Shown: one piece after another, positions 17,004-27,400 of the stretch
Layout of the letters: each line of letters begins with the position of its first letter
Position numbering within the stretch: position 1 is the first letter of the stretch
NCBI GenBank assembly: GCA_021443565.1
Contig: JABUTS010000078.1
Span: 1 to 43,393, forward strand
Direction: 5' to 3'
DNA length: 43,393 bases
DNA from: Bacteroidales bacterium
GTDB taxonomy: Bacteria; Bacteroidota; Bacteroidia; Bacteroidales; UBA932
The notes under the pieces: model-generated
What the model was told of the DNA's origin: nothing
Seen by the model: the letters and a program-made list of their open reading frames with translations, nothing else
Database searches by the model: none
Translations under genes and position numbers: made by a program

Positions 17004-20000
17004 ATGAAAAGGTTGCTTTTACAGCTTCTGGTCTTGTGTGTGCCGGCAGTCTCAGGGTTGGCTCAGCGCAGTTCCGAATTTCGCGACGCCGTCGACTCAG
17101 TTGCGGTACGCATGGAGGAGCGTACGGGTGTCAAGGCTGACCTCAAGCTGAAATCCATAGTCAGGAACGGCACGAAAATCAGTTTCCGCTTTGATGATTC
17201 GGCCGGCGATTATCCATGGAGAGAGGGCGACGTGGAGTTTTTCAAGGATGCTCTGCAGTCATATTTCCCCTCAAAGTATTCAGCTCTTTCAGCCGGTGCA
17301 ATATATGCTAACGGCATAGATGTAAGCACCCTGGTCTTCAGCGACCCGGGCAACGACGGCAGCCCCCTTCCCACCCGTTGGAAGGTTTCGTCTCCCGCCA
17401 GACCTCTACCCCTCGTGTGCAACCCTGCCCGTCCGGTGTTCGAAAACGGTCTCCAGGACCGTTATATAGCAGTTTCCCAGAGCCACGGGCGCTATTACGA
17501 GCAGAAATTCAACCGCTGGGAGTGGCAGCGTGCAACCCTCTTCCAGACCGTCGAGGACGTATTCACCCAGAGTTTCGTGATACCGTTTCTCGTCCCCATG
17601 CTGGAGAATGCCGGCGCAATGGTGTTCTTGCCGAGGGAGAGGGATTATCAGGTGCATGAAGCCATAGTGGACAACGACCCGTATTTCAGCTACGACGGCG
17701 ATGATTATGCCGGTTGTGCCGCCGGAATAAGGAAACACGGAAGGTATTCGGAGACGGGTTCGTGGAAAGCTGCGGGAGAAGGTTTCCGTGACGCTGCGCC
17801 TTTCATGTACCTTGACGAGAACTTCTTCACCGCCGGAACTGCGAGACAGGCAGCCTGCGTCACGTCGCGTTCGGACGTCAGGTATTCCGAGGCTGTGTGG
17901 GAACCGGAAATAGAGGAAGACGGCGACTATGCAGTATATGTTTCATATAAAACAATGGAACACAGCAGTTCGTCCGCGCACTATACAGTCCGTCATGCCG
18001 GAGGTTGCACGGAGTTCATAGTGAACCAGAAAATGGGAGGCGGTACCTGGATATACCTCGGAACTTTCCGTTTCTCCAGGGAAGCGGGTCATAAGGTGGT
18101 GCTGGATAACGCCTTGCCGGAAGGCCGGAATGCAGAGCAGTCTGCGGTTGTCACCGCCGATGCCGTGAAATTCGGAGGCGGAATGGGCAACGTGGCCCGC
18201 AGAAATCTGGCTGACCCCGAATCCGTGGCAGAAATATCAGGCTATCCGAGATATCTGGAAGGCGCCCGATACTGGGAACAGTGGGCGGGAGTTGACACGA
18301 CCGTGTACAGTCAGAATGCGCAGACGGGCGACTACCGCGACGACTTCATGTCCCGCGGAGCATGGACGGGATGGCTCAGCGGAGGCTCCTGCGTTAACCC
18401 CGACCAACCCGGGAAGAACATTCCTCTCGACCTCTCGTTCTCATGGCACAGCGACGCCGGCACCTGCGAAGGAGACACCATAGTCGGCACCCTGAGCATA
18501 TATACCCTTCTGTGCGAAAACAGCCGCAAACTCCCCAACGGTGAAGACAGAATGACCTGCAGGGACTTTGCAGACATAGTCCAGAGCCAGATAGTAGGGG
18601 ACATCCGCGCACATTGGGAGCCGGCATGGACCCGCAGGCAGCTGTGGAACCGATCCTATAGCGAATCACGTACGCCTGCAGTCCCGGCGATGCTTCTCGA
18701 ACTTCTTTCCCACCAGAACTTCACAGACATGAAGTTCGGCCTTGACCCGGAGTTCCGCTTTGACGTCTCGCGCTCTGTCTATAAGGGCATGCTCAAATAT
18801 CTTTCTTCCCGTTACGGCATCCCTTATGTCGTTCAGCCTCTGCCTGTGGCCTCCACTGCGCTGTGGTACAAGGACGAAAATACCGCGGTGCTCTCGTGGA
18901 AGGCGGTTGAGGATGAACTGGAGCCTACGGCGACTGCAGAGTCGTTCAGGCTTTATACCCGCACCGGAGACGGTGTGTTCGACCAGGGTAGGGCTGTGAG
19001 CCCTGAAATCAGTAACGGCCGCTGTTACCTTGAAATACCGGTTAAAGAGGGAATCGTATATGGCTTCCGCGTGACCGCTCTCAATTCCGGCGGCGAAAGT
19101 TTTCCTTCAGCAGTCATGTCCATAGGTCGTCCTTCGGGCTCTGTCCTTCCGCAGACCGTGGCGGTGGTTGACAACTTTGACCGCATAGCGGCCCCAGCAT
19201 GGTATGACGGCAGCGAGATTGCCGGTTTCGACGACAATCTCGACCACGGAGTCGCATGGACGGTGGGCACCAACTACATAGGCTCGCAATATGATAACAA
19301 GCGCAAGGACAACCCTTGGAAAGATGACGAGAATCCCGGCTTCGGCGCTTCATATCAGGACTGGGCAGGCCGCAAGGTGAAGGGAAACGACTTTGACAAC
19401 ACTGTCGTACACGGACGCTTCGTGATGGCTTCCGGCCGTCCTTTCTGCTCTTTCAGCAGGGATGCCTTCTCCGACTCCCTCCTGATTGACGCCATCGGCC
19501 GCTTTAGCGTTGCCGACCTTGTCTGCAGCCGTCAGGCCCGCACCCCGAAGGGACTGGGGAATGTCCGGACCAGGTATGCAGTGTATCCGGAAGAGTTCAG
19601 GACCGCCCTTACGCGCTTCACTGAAGGCGGAGGCTCCCTTTTAATTTCCGGCTCACATATAGGAACGGATGCGTGGGACGGACTTTACCGGGGCGCTACA
19701 GCCGCGGCAGACAGCACTGAAACCGCCCGGACCAGGGACTTTGTCCAGAACGTGCTGGGATACAAGTGGATGACGAACTTTGCAAGCCGTACCGCCCAGG
19801 TTTGGGCAGTCCAGTCGTCCTCCGGCTACTGTTGTCCTGTGAGAAAGAGGTTCAACTTCGAATCGGGCGTGTCCGGAAATTCTGTTTCGGCAGGCTCGCC
19901 CGACGGCATAGTGCCCGCGTCTTCAAAGGCAAAGACCGTCTTCAGGTATTCCGATACAAACATCTCTGCAGGAGTCGCTTACAACGCAGGCCGATACAGG

Positions 20001-20096
20001 GTGATAAGCTTAGGTTTCCCGCTTGAAACAATATGCGACAGCAACGTGGAAGCTCTCATGTTCATGTCCGCAATAGACTGGCTCTCGGCTGAATGA
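17004..20096 (+). CDS. Large secreted Bacteroidetes 'xanthan lyase'-annotated protein: Zn amidase (Amidase_3-like) fold with golvesin/Xly CBM-like and FN3 domains
   Basis: Signal peptide; 'QSHG', 'TVED', 'WHSDA' and 'MLLELLSH'; insert 'GDYAVYVSY...VNQKMGGGTWIYLGTF...ADAVKFG'; FN3 'FRVTALNSGGESFPS'. Confidence 0.7.
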   Translation: MKRLLLQLLVLCVPAVSGLAQRSSEFRDAVDSVAVRMEERTGVKADLKLKSIVRNGTKISFRFDDSAGDYPWREGDVEFFKDALQSYFPSKYSALSAGAIYANGIDVSTLVFSDPGNDGSPLPTRWKVSSPARPLPLVCNPARPVFENGLQDRYIAVSQSHGRYYEQKFNRWEWQRATLFQTVEDVFTQSFVIPFLVPMLENAGAMVFLPRERDYQVHEAIVDNDPYFSYDGDDYAGCAAGIRKHGRYSETGSWKAAGEGFRDAAPFMYLDENFFTAGTARQAACVTSRSDVRYSEAVWEPEIEEDGDYAVYVSYKTMEHSSSSAHYTVRHAGGCTEFIVNQKMGGGTWIYLGTFRFSREAGHKVVLDNALPEGRNAEQSAVVTADAVKFGGGMGNVARRNLADPESVAEISGYPRYLEGARYWEQWAGVDTTVYSQNAQTGDYRDDFMSRGAWTGWLSGGSCVNPDQPGKNIPLDLSFSWHSDAGTCEGDTIVGTLSIYTLLCENSRKLPNGEDRMTCRDFADIVQSQIVGDIRAHWEPAWTRRQLWNRSYSESRTPAVPAMLLELLSHQNFTDMKFGLDPEFRFDVSRSVYKGMLKYLSSRYGIPYVVQPLPVASTALWYKDENTAVLSWKAVEDELEPTATAESFRLYTRTGDGVFDQGRAVSPEISNGRCYLEIPVKEGIVYGFRVTALNSGGESFPSAVMSIGRPSGSVLPQTVAVVDNFDRIAAPAWYDGSEIAGFDDNLDHGVAWTVGTNYIGSQYDNKRKDNPWKDDENPGFGASYQDWAGRKVKGNDFDNTVVHGRFVMASGRPFCSFSRDAFSDSLLIDAIGRFSVADLVCSRQARTPKGLGNVRTRYAVYPEEFRTALTRFTEGGGSLLISGSHIGTDAWDGLYRGATAAADSTETARTRDFVQNVLGYKWMTNFASRTAQVWAVQSSSGYCCPVRKRFNFESGVSGNSVSAGSPDGIVPASSKAKTVFRYSDTNISAGVAYNAGRYRVISLGFPLETICDSNVEALMFMSAIDWLSAE

Positions 20097-21112
20097 CAAG
20101 AAAAATCCTCATATTGCTGACTCTGGCCCTTGCCCCCTCCCTTCTCGGGGCACAGGGTGCTGTCAAGCCGCCCTACGATACTTTCAACTCGAAGGCCATA
20201 CATGCCTTCGTGCAGCCATCGTCCCTGATGGAAGATGTCCGTTTCCTTTCGGACTCGTTATGTTCAGGCAGGGCTTCCTCTACCATTGGCGGCATGGAGG
20301 CCGCGTTCTGGATCTCCGACCGCATGGAAAAGGTCGGGCTGAAGAAGATGGGGCCTTCATATATAAAGAGTTTCCGCCTTCCTGACGGCAACGCGGGTCA
20401 CAATGTGATAGGCATGCTTCCGGGTTCGGGAAAGTTTTCCCGCGACAGTTACATAATAGTGGGAGCCCACTTCGACGGCTTGGGTATCAGGGGAGGAAGG
20501 ATGTATCCTTGCGCTGACTGCAACGCGGCCGGAGTGGCTTCCATGCTCAACATCGCCGAGATGTTCCGCATGTGGACCACCATAGGCCACAGCATGGGCG
20601 CCAGCATCATTTTCGTGGCCTTCGACGCCAAGGAACTCAGTATGGCAGGCTCTAAGGCGGTGATGGAGGATATAGCTTCGGGCTGTCTCAGCGACCCGGT
20701 CAGCGGCAGGACTGTCACCCGCCAGAAGATAAGGCTGATGGTGAACCTTGACCAGATGGGAACTACCATGGAGCCTATCACCAGGGACAGGCCCGACTAT
20801 CTCATCATGCTGGGCAATGACAAGCTTCCGAAGGACAAAAGACAGGTGCTTCGTACCTGCAACCTCTATACTGACGACTGTTCGCTCGACCTTGGCTTCG
20901 ATTATTACGGCAGTGAAAATTTCACCAGGCTATTCTACAGACTATCCGATCAGAAGCCTTTTGCAGATGCGGGCATACCTGCGGTGTTCTTCACCTCCGG
21001 CATCACCGGAAACACCAACAAGGTGACGGATACGGCCGAGACCATAGACTATGATGTCCTCAGGCGCAGGATAATTCTGATCTGGCACTTCGTCGAAAGA
21101 CTGAACCGCTGA
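20093..21112 (+). CDS. M28 family metallopeptidase, secreted
   Basis: 'IVGAHFDGLG', 'ADCNAAG', 'FDAKE', 'VNLDQMG' and 'SDQKPF'. Confidence 0.85.
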   Translation: MTRKILILLTLALAPSLLGAQGAVKPPYDTFNSKAIHAFVQPSSLMEDVRFLSDSLCSGRASSTIGGMEAAFWISDRMEKVGLKKMGPSYIKSFRLPDGNAGHNVIGMLPGSGKFSRDSYIIVGAHFDGLGIRGGRMYPCADCNAAGVASMLNIAEMFRMWTTIGHSMGASIIFVAFDAKELSMAGSKAVMEDIASGCLSDPVSGRTVTRQKIRLMVNLDQMGTTMEPITRDRPDYLIMLGNDKLPKDKRQVLRTCNLYTDDCSLDLGFDYYGSENFTRLFYRLSDQKPFADAGIPAVFFTSGITGNTNKVTDTAETIDYDVLRRRIILIWHFVERLNR

Positions 21113-22701
21113 TGAACAATCCCTTCCGTTATGCACCGGCAGACTCTGTCCGGGAGGAGGCCGAAAGGCTGATTCTCGAGATAGCCACATCCCCCGAACT
21201 CGACTCTGTTTTCTCCGAGGGCAAGATGCTCGGGGTGCTGGAGGCGGAGAAACCGGACGGCTCGCGCTGCTTTCTCCGGGCCTTCTCCGGCCTGGCCGGG
21301 GGAAGGTCGCAAGTGGAAGGCTTCGTTCCGCCCGTCTTTGACCTTACCGTGCCCGGGGGACATTTCAAGACCGAGGAAGCGGAGATTTCCGCCCTGGCTG
21401 CAAAGCTTGTGGAACTTGAGGAGTCCGAAGCATACAGGACAGCGCGTGAGGAGCTTGACGGGATACGTGCACAGGCTTCCGAAACCCTGTCACACCGTCG
21501 TTCCGAACTGAACCTCGCGAAAGCTGCCCGTAAGCGTAAGAGGGAGCAAATCGAGGCGGATAACCTTCCGGACAAGGCCCTCCTGCTTGCGGAGCTGGAT
21601 GACGAAAGCCGTCACGAGAAGGCGGAACTTCACCGTCTGGCACTTTCCTTCAGGGCTGCGGAGGCTTCTGCGGAGGCGAAGAGAGCGGGGTATGCTGCCG
21701 GGGCGGAGGCGCTCAAGGCAGAGATGAAGTCGCGCTCGGACGCCCTTCAGAGGTGGATCTTTGAACATTACACCTTCCACGACAGCCGAGGTTCGCTCTT
21801 GTCTCTCAGAGAGATATTTGCCCGCAGGGGCATGGTGCCACCCGGAGGAACCGGGGACTGCGCTGCTCCGAAACTGCTTGAATATGCTTTCCGCCATGGT
21901 CTTAAACCATTGTCAATGGGAGAATTCTGGTACGGAAGGCCGTCCGGGACCCATGTTCAAGGGCGCTTCTATCCTTCATGCCAGTCCAAATGTGCCGTGC
22001 TGCTTGAATATATGCTTGACGGGATTGAACTGGACTCCGAACCCGTATCGGGAGAATGGAAACTCATCTATGAAGACGGGGACCTGATTGTCGTTGACAA
22101 GCCTTCCGGCATGCTCTCCGTCCCCGGCAGGACGGATGCGAAGTCACTTCCGGAACTTCTTGAGCCCTCTTTCGGAAGACTTTATCCCGTCCACAGACTG
22201 GACATGGACACTTCCGGCCTCATAGTCTTTGCCAGAAATCCCGAGGCCCAGTCGAAACTCATGGCCTCCTTCGAATCGAGGGAGGTCGTGAAGGAATATG
22301 TCGCAGTGCTGGACCCGCTTCCGGCAACGCTTCCCACGAGCACGGTCCCGTCCTCAATCCCTCCTTCCGGAACCATAAATCTCCCGCTTTCACAGGACTA
22401 TGAAAACCGCCCGTGCAGCAAGGTTGACTTTGTCCGCGGGGCTCCTGCCCTGACGCGATATGAACTTGCGGAACGCTTCCCCGACGGTTCCCTCAAGCTC
22501 CGCTTCCGTCCCTTGACAGGCAGGACGCACCAGCTCAGGCTTCACAGCGCCCATCCTTCCGGGTTGGGAAGGACCATATCCGGAGACCGCCTGTATGGTT
22601 CTGCAACTCCCGGAAGACTCCGCCTCCATGCTTTCAGGCTCGAATTCAGGCATCCTTCAGAAGAAAGAACCCTTTCTTTTTGCATATCTGAAGTATTTTA
22701 A
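21112..22701 (+). CDS. TrcP-like fusion: Zn/deaminase-like domain, long coiled coil and RluA-family pseudouridine synthase
   Basis: 'GKMLGVL...AFSG...FVPPVFD', a long Ala/Glu/Arg helical region, 'GTGDCAAPKLL...FYPSCQSKC', then 'DKPSGMLSVPG', 'VHRLDMDTSG' and 'TGRTHQLRLH'. Confidence 0.8.
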   Translation: MNNPFRYAPADSVREEAERLILEIATSPELDSVFSEGKMLGVLEAEKPDGSRCFLRAFSGLAGGRSQVEGFVPPVFDLTVPGGHFKTEEAEISALAAKLVELEESEAYRTAREELDGIRAQASETLSHRRSELNLAKAARKRKREQIEADNLPDKALLLAELDDESRHEKAELHRLALSFRAAEASAEAKRAGYAAGAEALKAEMKSRSDALQRWIFEHYTFHDSRGSLLSLREIFARRGMVPPGGTGDCAAPKLLEYAFRHGLKPLSMGEFWYGRPSGTHVQGRFYPSCQSKCAVLLEYMLDGIELDSEPVSGEWKLIYEDGDLIVVDKPSGMLSVPGRTDAKSLPELLEPSFGRLYPVHRLDMDTSGLIVFARNPEAQSKLMASFESREVVKEYVAVLDPLPATLPTSTVPSSIPPSGTINLPLSQDYENRPCSKVDFVRGAPALTRYELAERFPDGSLKLRFRPLTGRTHQLRLHSAHPSGLGRTISGDRLYGSATPGRLRLHAFRLEFRHPSEERTLSFCISEVF

Positions 22702-22723
22702 TTATAATATAGGGAATTTTTCG

Positions 22724-22731
22724 TAACTTTG
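22724..22731 (+). promoter_or_regulatory. -7 element (TAACTTTG) of the alpha-E gene
   Basis: Exact TAnnTTTG followed by CA. Confidence 0.65.
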
Positions 22732-22757
22732 CAGCCGTTTCAGAAAAGGAGCAAATT

Positions 22758-23450
22758 ATGAGCAGTCCTGACAGCAAGGCAAGCAATCTTTACATCCTTG
22801 GAAGGTGCATGGAGAGGTTCTATCTCCGTCTTCATCTCCTGACCAAATTCGATGACCTCCTTCAGGAAGGCCGTGAAGAAGAATGTGCGGCTTTCCTTCG
22901 CAATCTTGAAAATGAAGTGGAGTACGAAAGTCCGGAAGCTCTCAGGATTGGACTTCTTTTTGACGACACCAACTGCGTGACTGTAGCCCATGCTCTCCGT
23001 TCAGCCAGGGAAGCCGCAGCAACTCTGCGAGACACCATAATCAGCGAAGCCCTTACCTTCATCCAGAGAGCCGAAGACGTCCTTCACAAGGCTTCAAGGA
23101 AGGAATTCCTTGACCCTACGGATGTCCGTACTCTCAAGGACCTAAGCCTTGCATTCTGGGGATCGGTCGGCGAGAGGATTTACGACCGCCATGCAATCGT
23201 GATGATGAAGATAGGCCGTCTCGTGGAACATATCGAGATGAACATACGTTTCGACTACCGCTTCTACCGCATCAGGGAGGCGTTCGACGAACTCCTTTTC
23301 ATAGCCGACCTCGAAGGCAAGGAGGAAATATTCGACACCCTCACCCTGGACATGCTTAAGCGCATGCTCAGCCAGCGCGAATACAACACCGCAGATCCCG
23401 ATTACAAGAATGCGGTGCTTCACGCCATAAACATACTCGTACAGCAGTAG
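22758..23450 (+). CDS. Alpha-E domain protein (DUF403-like)
   Basis: All-helical sequence with 'NLYILGRCMER', 'LRSAREAAATLRDTI..E' and a second 'KIGRLVEH' repeat. Confidence 0.72.
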   Translation: MSSPDSKASNLYILGRCMERFYLRLHLLTKFDDLLQEGREEECAAFLRNLENEVEYESPEALRIGLLFDDTNCVTVAHALRSAREAAATLRDTIISEALTFIQRAEDVLHKASRKEFLDPTDVRTLKDLSLAFWGSVGERIYDRHAIVMMKIGRLVEHIEMNIRFDYRFYRIREAFDELLFIADLEGKEEIFDTLTLDMLKRMLSQREYNTADPDYKNAVLHAINILVQQ

Positions 23451-23456
23451 CCTGGT

Positions 23457-24272
23457 TTACTTTTCCCTTTCCTTGATATAGTTCACGAGCAGAAAGTGCC
23501 CGGGGGTAGCCATGTTGCCGTGGTCGAAGCCGTCGAGCTCCAGGAAGGTCATGTCCTTGTGTCCCTTCAGTTTCATCATGCGCACGAAATAGGCTGTCTC
23601 CTCATATCGACCGTAGAGTTCCTTCTCGCGGTCTGCGGATATTACCAGCATTGGAGGACAATCCGGACGCATGTGATACAGGGGTGCGAGTTCGTCTATC
23701 CTCGGATCCAGGGCGTCGATGCCTTCCAGTTTCCTGCTGGCAAAGTGGGTGATTACCTGCCCGCTATACGGAACGATGGCTGCCAGACTGTCAGCGTCGA
23801 TGCCGTATTTCCCCAGCCATTTCTTCTCCAGGCCCAGCATATCCACGAGGTAGCCTCCGGCAGAATGGCCGGCTATATATATCTTTGACCTGCTTCCTCC
23901 ATAGCGCTCCGCATTGTCGTAAGCCCACGCCACCGCACCGGCGGCATCATCGATTATCTTCTCGACGGGCACTTCCGGAGAAAGTCTGTAGCCGGCACCA
24001 ATTACCACATATCCGTTGCGGCAGAGAGCCTCGGGAAGATCCTTGTGCCCGCCGGTGAGTCCGCCTCCGTGGAACCACACTATCACGGGCATGTCTTTCC
24101 CGCCTTCCTTATATGCCACATCCAGCCTGCACATCCTGCAGCTGTAATCGTCATCCGCCCTGTAACAGATGTCCCTGTCATAACTGTAGCCGGGAGTCTG
24201 GGCAGAAGATGGCTGAATTGCAGCAAAAACGAGCACAATCAGCGCAAAAGTTCTGATATATGTAGATTTCAT
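23457..24272 (-). CDS. Secreted alpha/beta hydrolase (esterase/lipase, HSL-like)
   Basis: 'WFHGGG', 'GHSAGG' and C-terminal His 'FDHG'. The start is placed at MKSTY (24272) because ATG 24296 abuts the -7 element. Confidence 0.9.
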   Translation of the reverse strand: MKSTYIRTFALIVLVFAAIQPSSAQTPGYSYDRDICYRADDDYSCRMCRLDVAYKEGGKDMPVIVWFHGGGLTGGHKDLPEALCRNGYVVIGAGYRLSPEVPVEKIIDDAAGAVAWAYDNAERYGGSRSKIYIAGHSAGGYLVDMLGLEKKWLGKYGIDADSLAAIVPYSGQVITHFASRKLEGIDALDPRIDELAPLYHMRPDCPPMLVISADREKELYGRYEETAYFVRMMKLKGHKDMTFLELDGFDHGNMATPGHFLLVNYIKEREK

Positions 24273-24297
24273 ATAAAATTGGTATAGTATGTTCATA

Positions 24298-24326
24298 CAA
24301 AATTAGTGAAATAATCCGTACATTTG
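24298..24326. promoter_or_regulatory. Back-to-back divergent promoters for the esterase (-) and susC (+)
   Basis: TAATTTTG on the minus strand (24298-24305) and TACATTTG on the plus strand (24319-24326). Confidence 0.65.
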
Positions 24327-24440
24327 CACGCCCAAAATTGAAAAAACTATGTGACACACCGAATTTATCTTTTCATATCCCGATCACAGAAAATAATCAC
24401 CTTATGTTTAACTATATCCCCGATAGCGGGCATAAACCTT

Positions 24441-27400
24441 ATGAAAACAAAGAACTGCTACTTTGGTAGTGCCTTTGCCGGGCATCTGCTATGCGCTCTT
24501 CTCATGGTTTCGGCTTTGCCGTCCATCGAAGCGGGCGCACAGACTAACGGCGACTCCGGCACTGCGGCGCGCAGCACCCAGAGCGCACCGAAACTGACAG
24601 GTGTCGTTGTTGACGCCGAGGGACTTCCGCTGCCTGGAGTACATGTCCAGACAAATGACCCCACCGTTGCCGGCGTGACCGACATCAACGGACTCTTCAA
24701 CATCCACATCCCTGCGGGCAAGACTGTCAGGAACGTCACCTTCTCATTCATGGGAATGCAGACAAAGACCGTGACCTTCAACGGACGCGAACTGAAAATC
24801 ACCCTTATTGAAGATACCAATGCACTTCAGGAGGTGGTTGTCACCGGTATGTTCGAACGCAGAAAGGAGAGCTTCACAGGCTCATCCGTCACTTTCACCA
24901 ACGAGGACCTCAAGACGGTCGGCAACCAGAACCTCTTGAAGAGCCTCAAGGTACTCGATCCGGTGTTCCAGATTGTTGAGAATCTGGAAATGGGTTCAGA
25001 CCCGAACTCCATGCCAAATATCCAGCTTCGCGGCGAGACCTCCTTCAATATCCAGGGCGACTACGACGGAAATGCCAACCAGCCGCTTTTCATCCTCGAC
25101 GGTTTCGAAACCACGCTGGAGAAAATCTGGGACCTTGACATGAACCGCGTTCAGAGCGTTACCCTCCTGAAGGACGCCACTGCAAAGGCAATCTACGGAT
25201 CCAAGGCCGGTAACGGAGTCGTGGTAATAGAGACCATACGCCCGAAGACGGGCGAAATGAGGATTTCATACAACGGCGACCTCAACCTCGAACTCCCTGA
25301 CCTTTCCGGTTACAACCTCATGAATGCTCAGGAAAAATATGACTGGGAAGTGGCCCACGGCAAATACGACAGGCTCCAGGCCGATCTCAACCCGACCGCT
25401 GCCGACCTTCTCAACAAATCTGTATACGACGCCATCTATTCAGGTGTCGACGCCTATTGGCTGAACAAGCCTCTCCGCACCGGAGTGGGCCAGAAGCACT
25501 CTCTCGCGCTCGAGGGTGGTGACAGCAGGATTCGTTACATTCTCGGCGGGTCCTTCAACGACGTGGAAGGTGCCATGAAGGGTTCTGACAGAAGGACCCT
25601 TAACATCAATTCCACCCTTTCGTACACCTATAAGAACATGGTCTTCCGCAACCAGATTGACTATACCAACGGAAATTCCAAGAATTCCCCTTACGGTGCA
25701 TTCTCGAACTATGTGGGGCTTGAACCGTACTTCGCCCCGTACGATGCGGACGGCAACCTGAAGAAGATACTCGGCTATGAGTGCGTGAACCGTGACGGCA
25801 CCTTCAGCAGCCCGGTTTACAACCCTCTCTACAATGCCACCCTCAATACGAAGAACGTGTCGGACTACAAGACCTTCACCGACAACTTCGACATGGACTG
25901 GAGGGTCAGCGAGCGTTTCCGCTTCACCGCCAAACTCTCATATACTGAGCAGAGCAACGGCTCGGACGTGTTCTACCCGGCCAACCACACCATGTTCATA
26001 GACTATGACGCCAACGGCCTTTCGGACAGGAAGGGCCTTTATACCAAGAGCAACGGCGGCATGAAGTCGTTTACCGCCCAGGCCGGCATCAACTACAACC
26101 AGACCTTCGGCAAGCACGCCATCTTCCTGAACGGTACATGGAACCTGCAGTCTACCGACAGCAAGAGCACGACCGTCCGCGCCGAAGGCTTCGGAAACGA
26201 CAATATGGACGATATCTCCATGGCGACATCCTACTACCACAGCAGCCATCCTTTCGGAAGCGACAGCAGGACCAGGGAAGTCGGCCTGATCGGGGCATTC
26301 AACTACTCTTATGCCGACAGGTATCTCTTCGACGCGTCAATACGTTGCACGGGTTCTTCAGTCTACGGTTCAGACAACCACTGGGGCAACTTCTGGTCTC
26401 TCGGAGCCGGATGGAACATCCACAAGGAAAGCTGGATGGCTGACTCCCTCCCTCTGGTCAAGAGACTCCAGCTACGCTATTCGCTCGGATATACCGGCAC
26501 ACAGAACTTCAATCCTTACCAGAGTCGCGCAAAGTACCAGTATGGATCAGTCTTCTATGACGGACATCTCGGTGCGACCATCATGGGCATTCCCAACACC
26601 GGGCTCAGGTGGCAGAGGGTATATGACAACAACATAGGACTAGACCTCGCCCTCGGCTCGTTCCTCACAGGCCGCGTCGACTACTATATCCAGAACACCG
26701 ACAACATGCTCACGGACATCACCCTTCCTTCGTCAGCAGGCTTCAACCTCTACAAGGAGAACATGGGCGAAATAAGGAACAATGGCGTCGAGTTCTCCCT
26801 CGGTGTCACGCCTTACCGTGACAACTCAAGCAGGAGTTGGGTGAGTCTCACCTTCAGCGGCTACCACAACAGGAACAGGATTTCCAAGATCTACGACATC
26901 TTCAAGAAGAACAACGAGGATGCCGATGCGGAGCTGAACAAGGGCCTTTCCACAGGCTCTCCTACTCCTGAGGAAGCAGCGGCATACATGGCCCGCACGA
27001 CCCGTCCGGCCACAAAGTTCTATGAGGGCTGCTCCATGACTGCCATCTGGGGCGTACGTTCCCTCGGAATCGACCCTGTTTCCGGAAACGAGATGTATCT
27101 CGACAAGAACGACAAGGTGACCTATACCTGGAACTCGGACGACCAGGTGGTGATAGGCGACACCAACCCTCTCATGAGAGGAGCGTTCGGAGTCAGCGGA
27201 GGCTGGCACGGATGGACGCTTTCGGTTCATGCAACCTACAAGTTCGGAGGAGAACTCTACAACACCACCCTTGTGGACAGGGTTGAGAACATAACGGGCT
27301 TCGGCAATCTCGACAAGCGAGTCGCCCAGACCTGGCTCAAGCCCGGCGACGAGGCGGCATTCCGCTATGTTCGAATGCTCCAGACCCCTACATCCATGAT

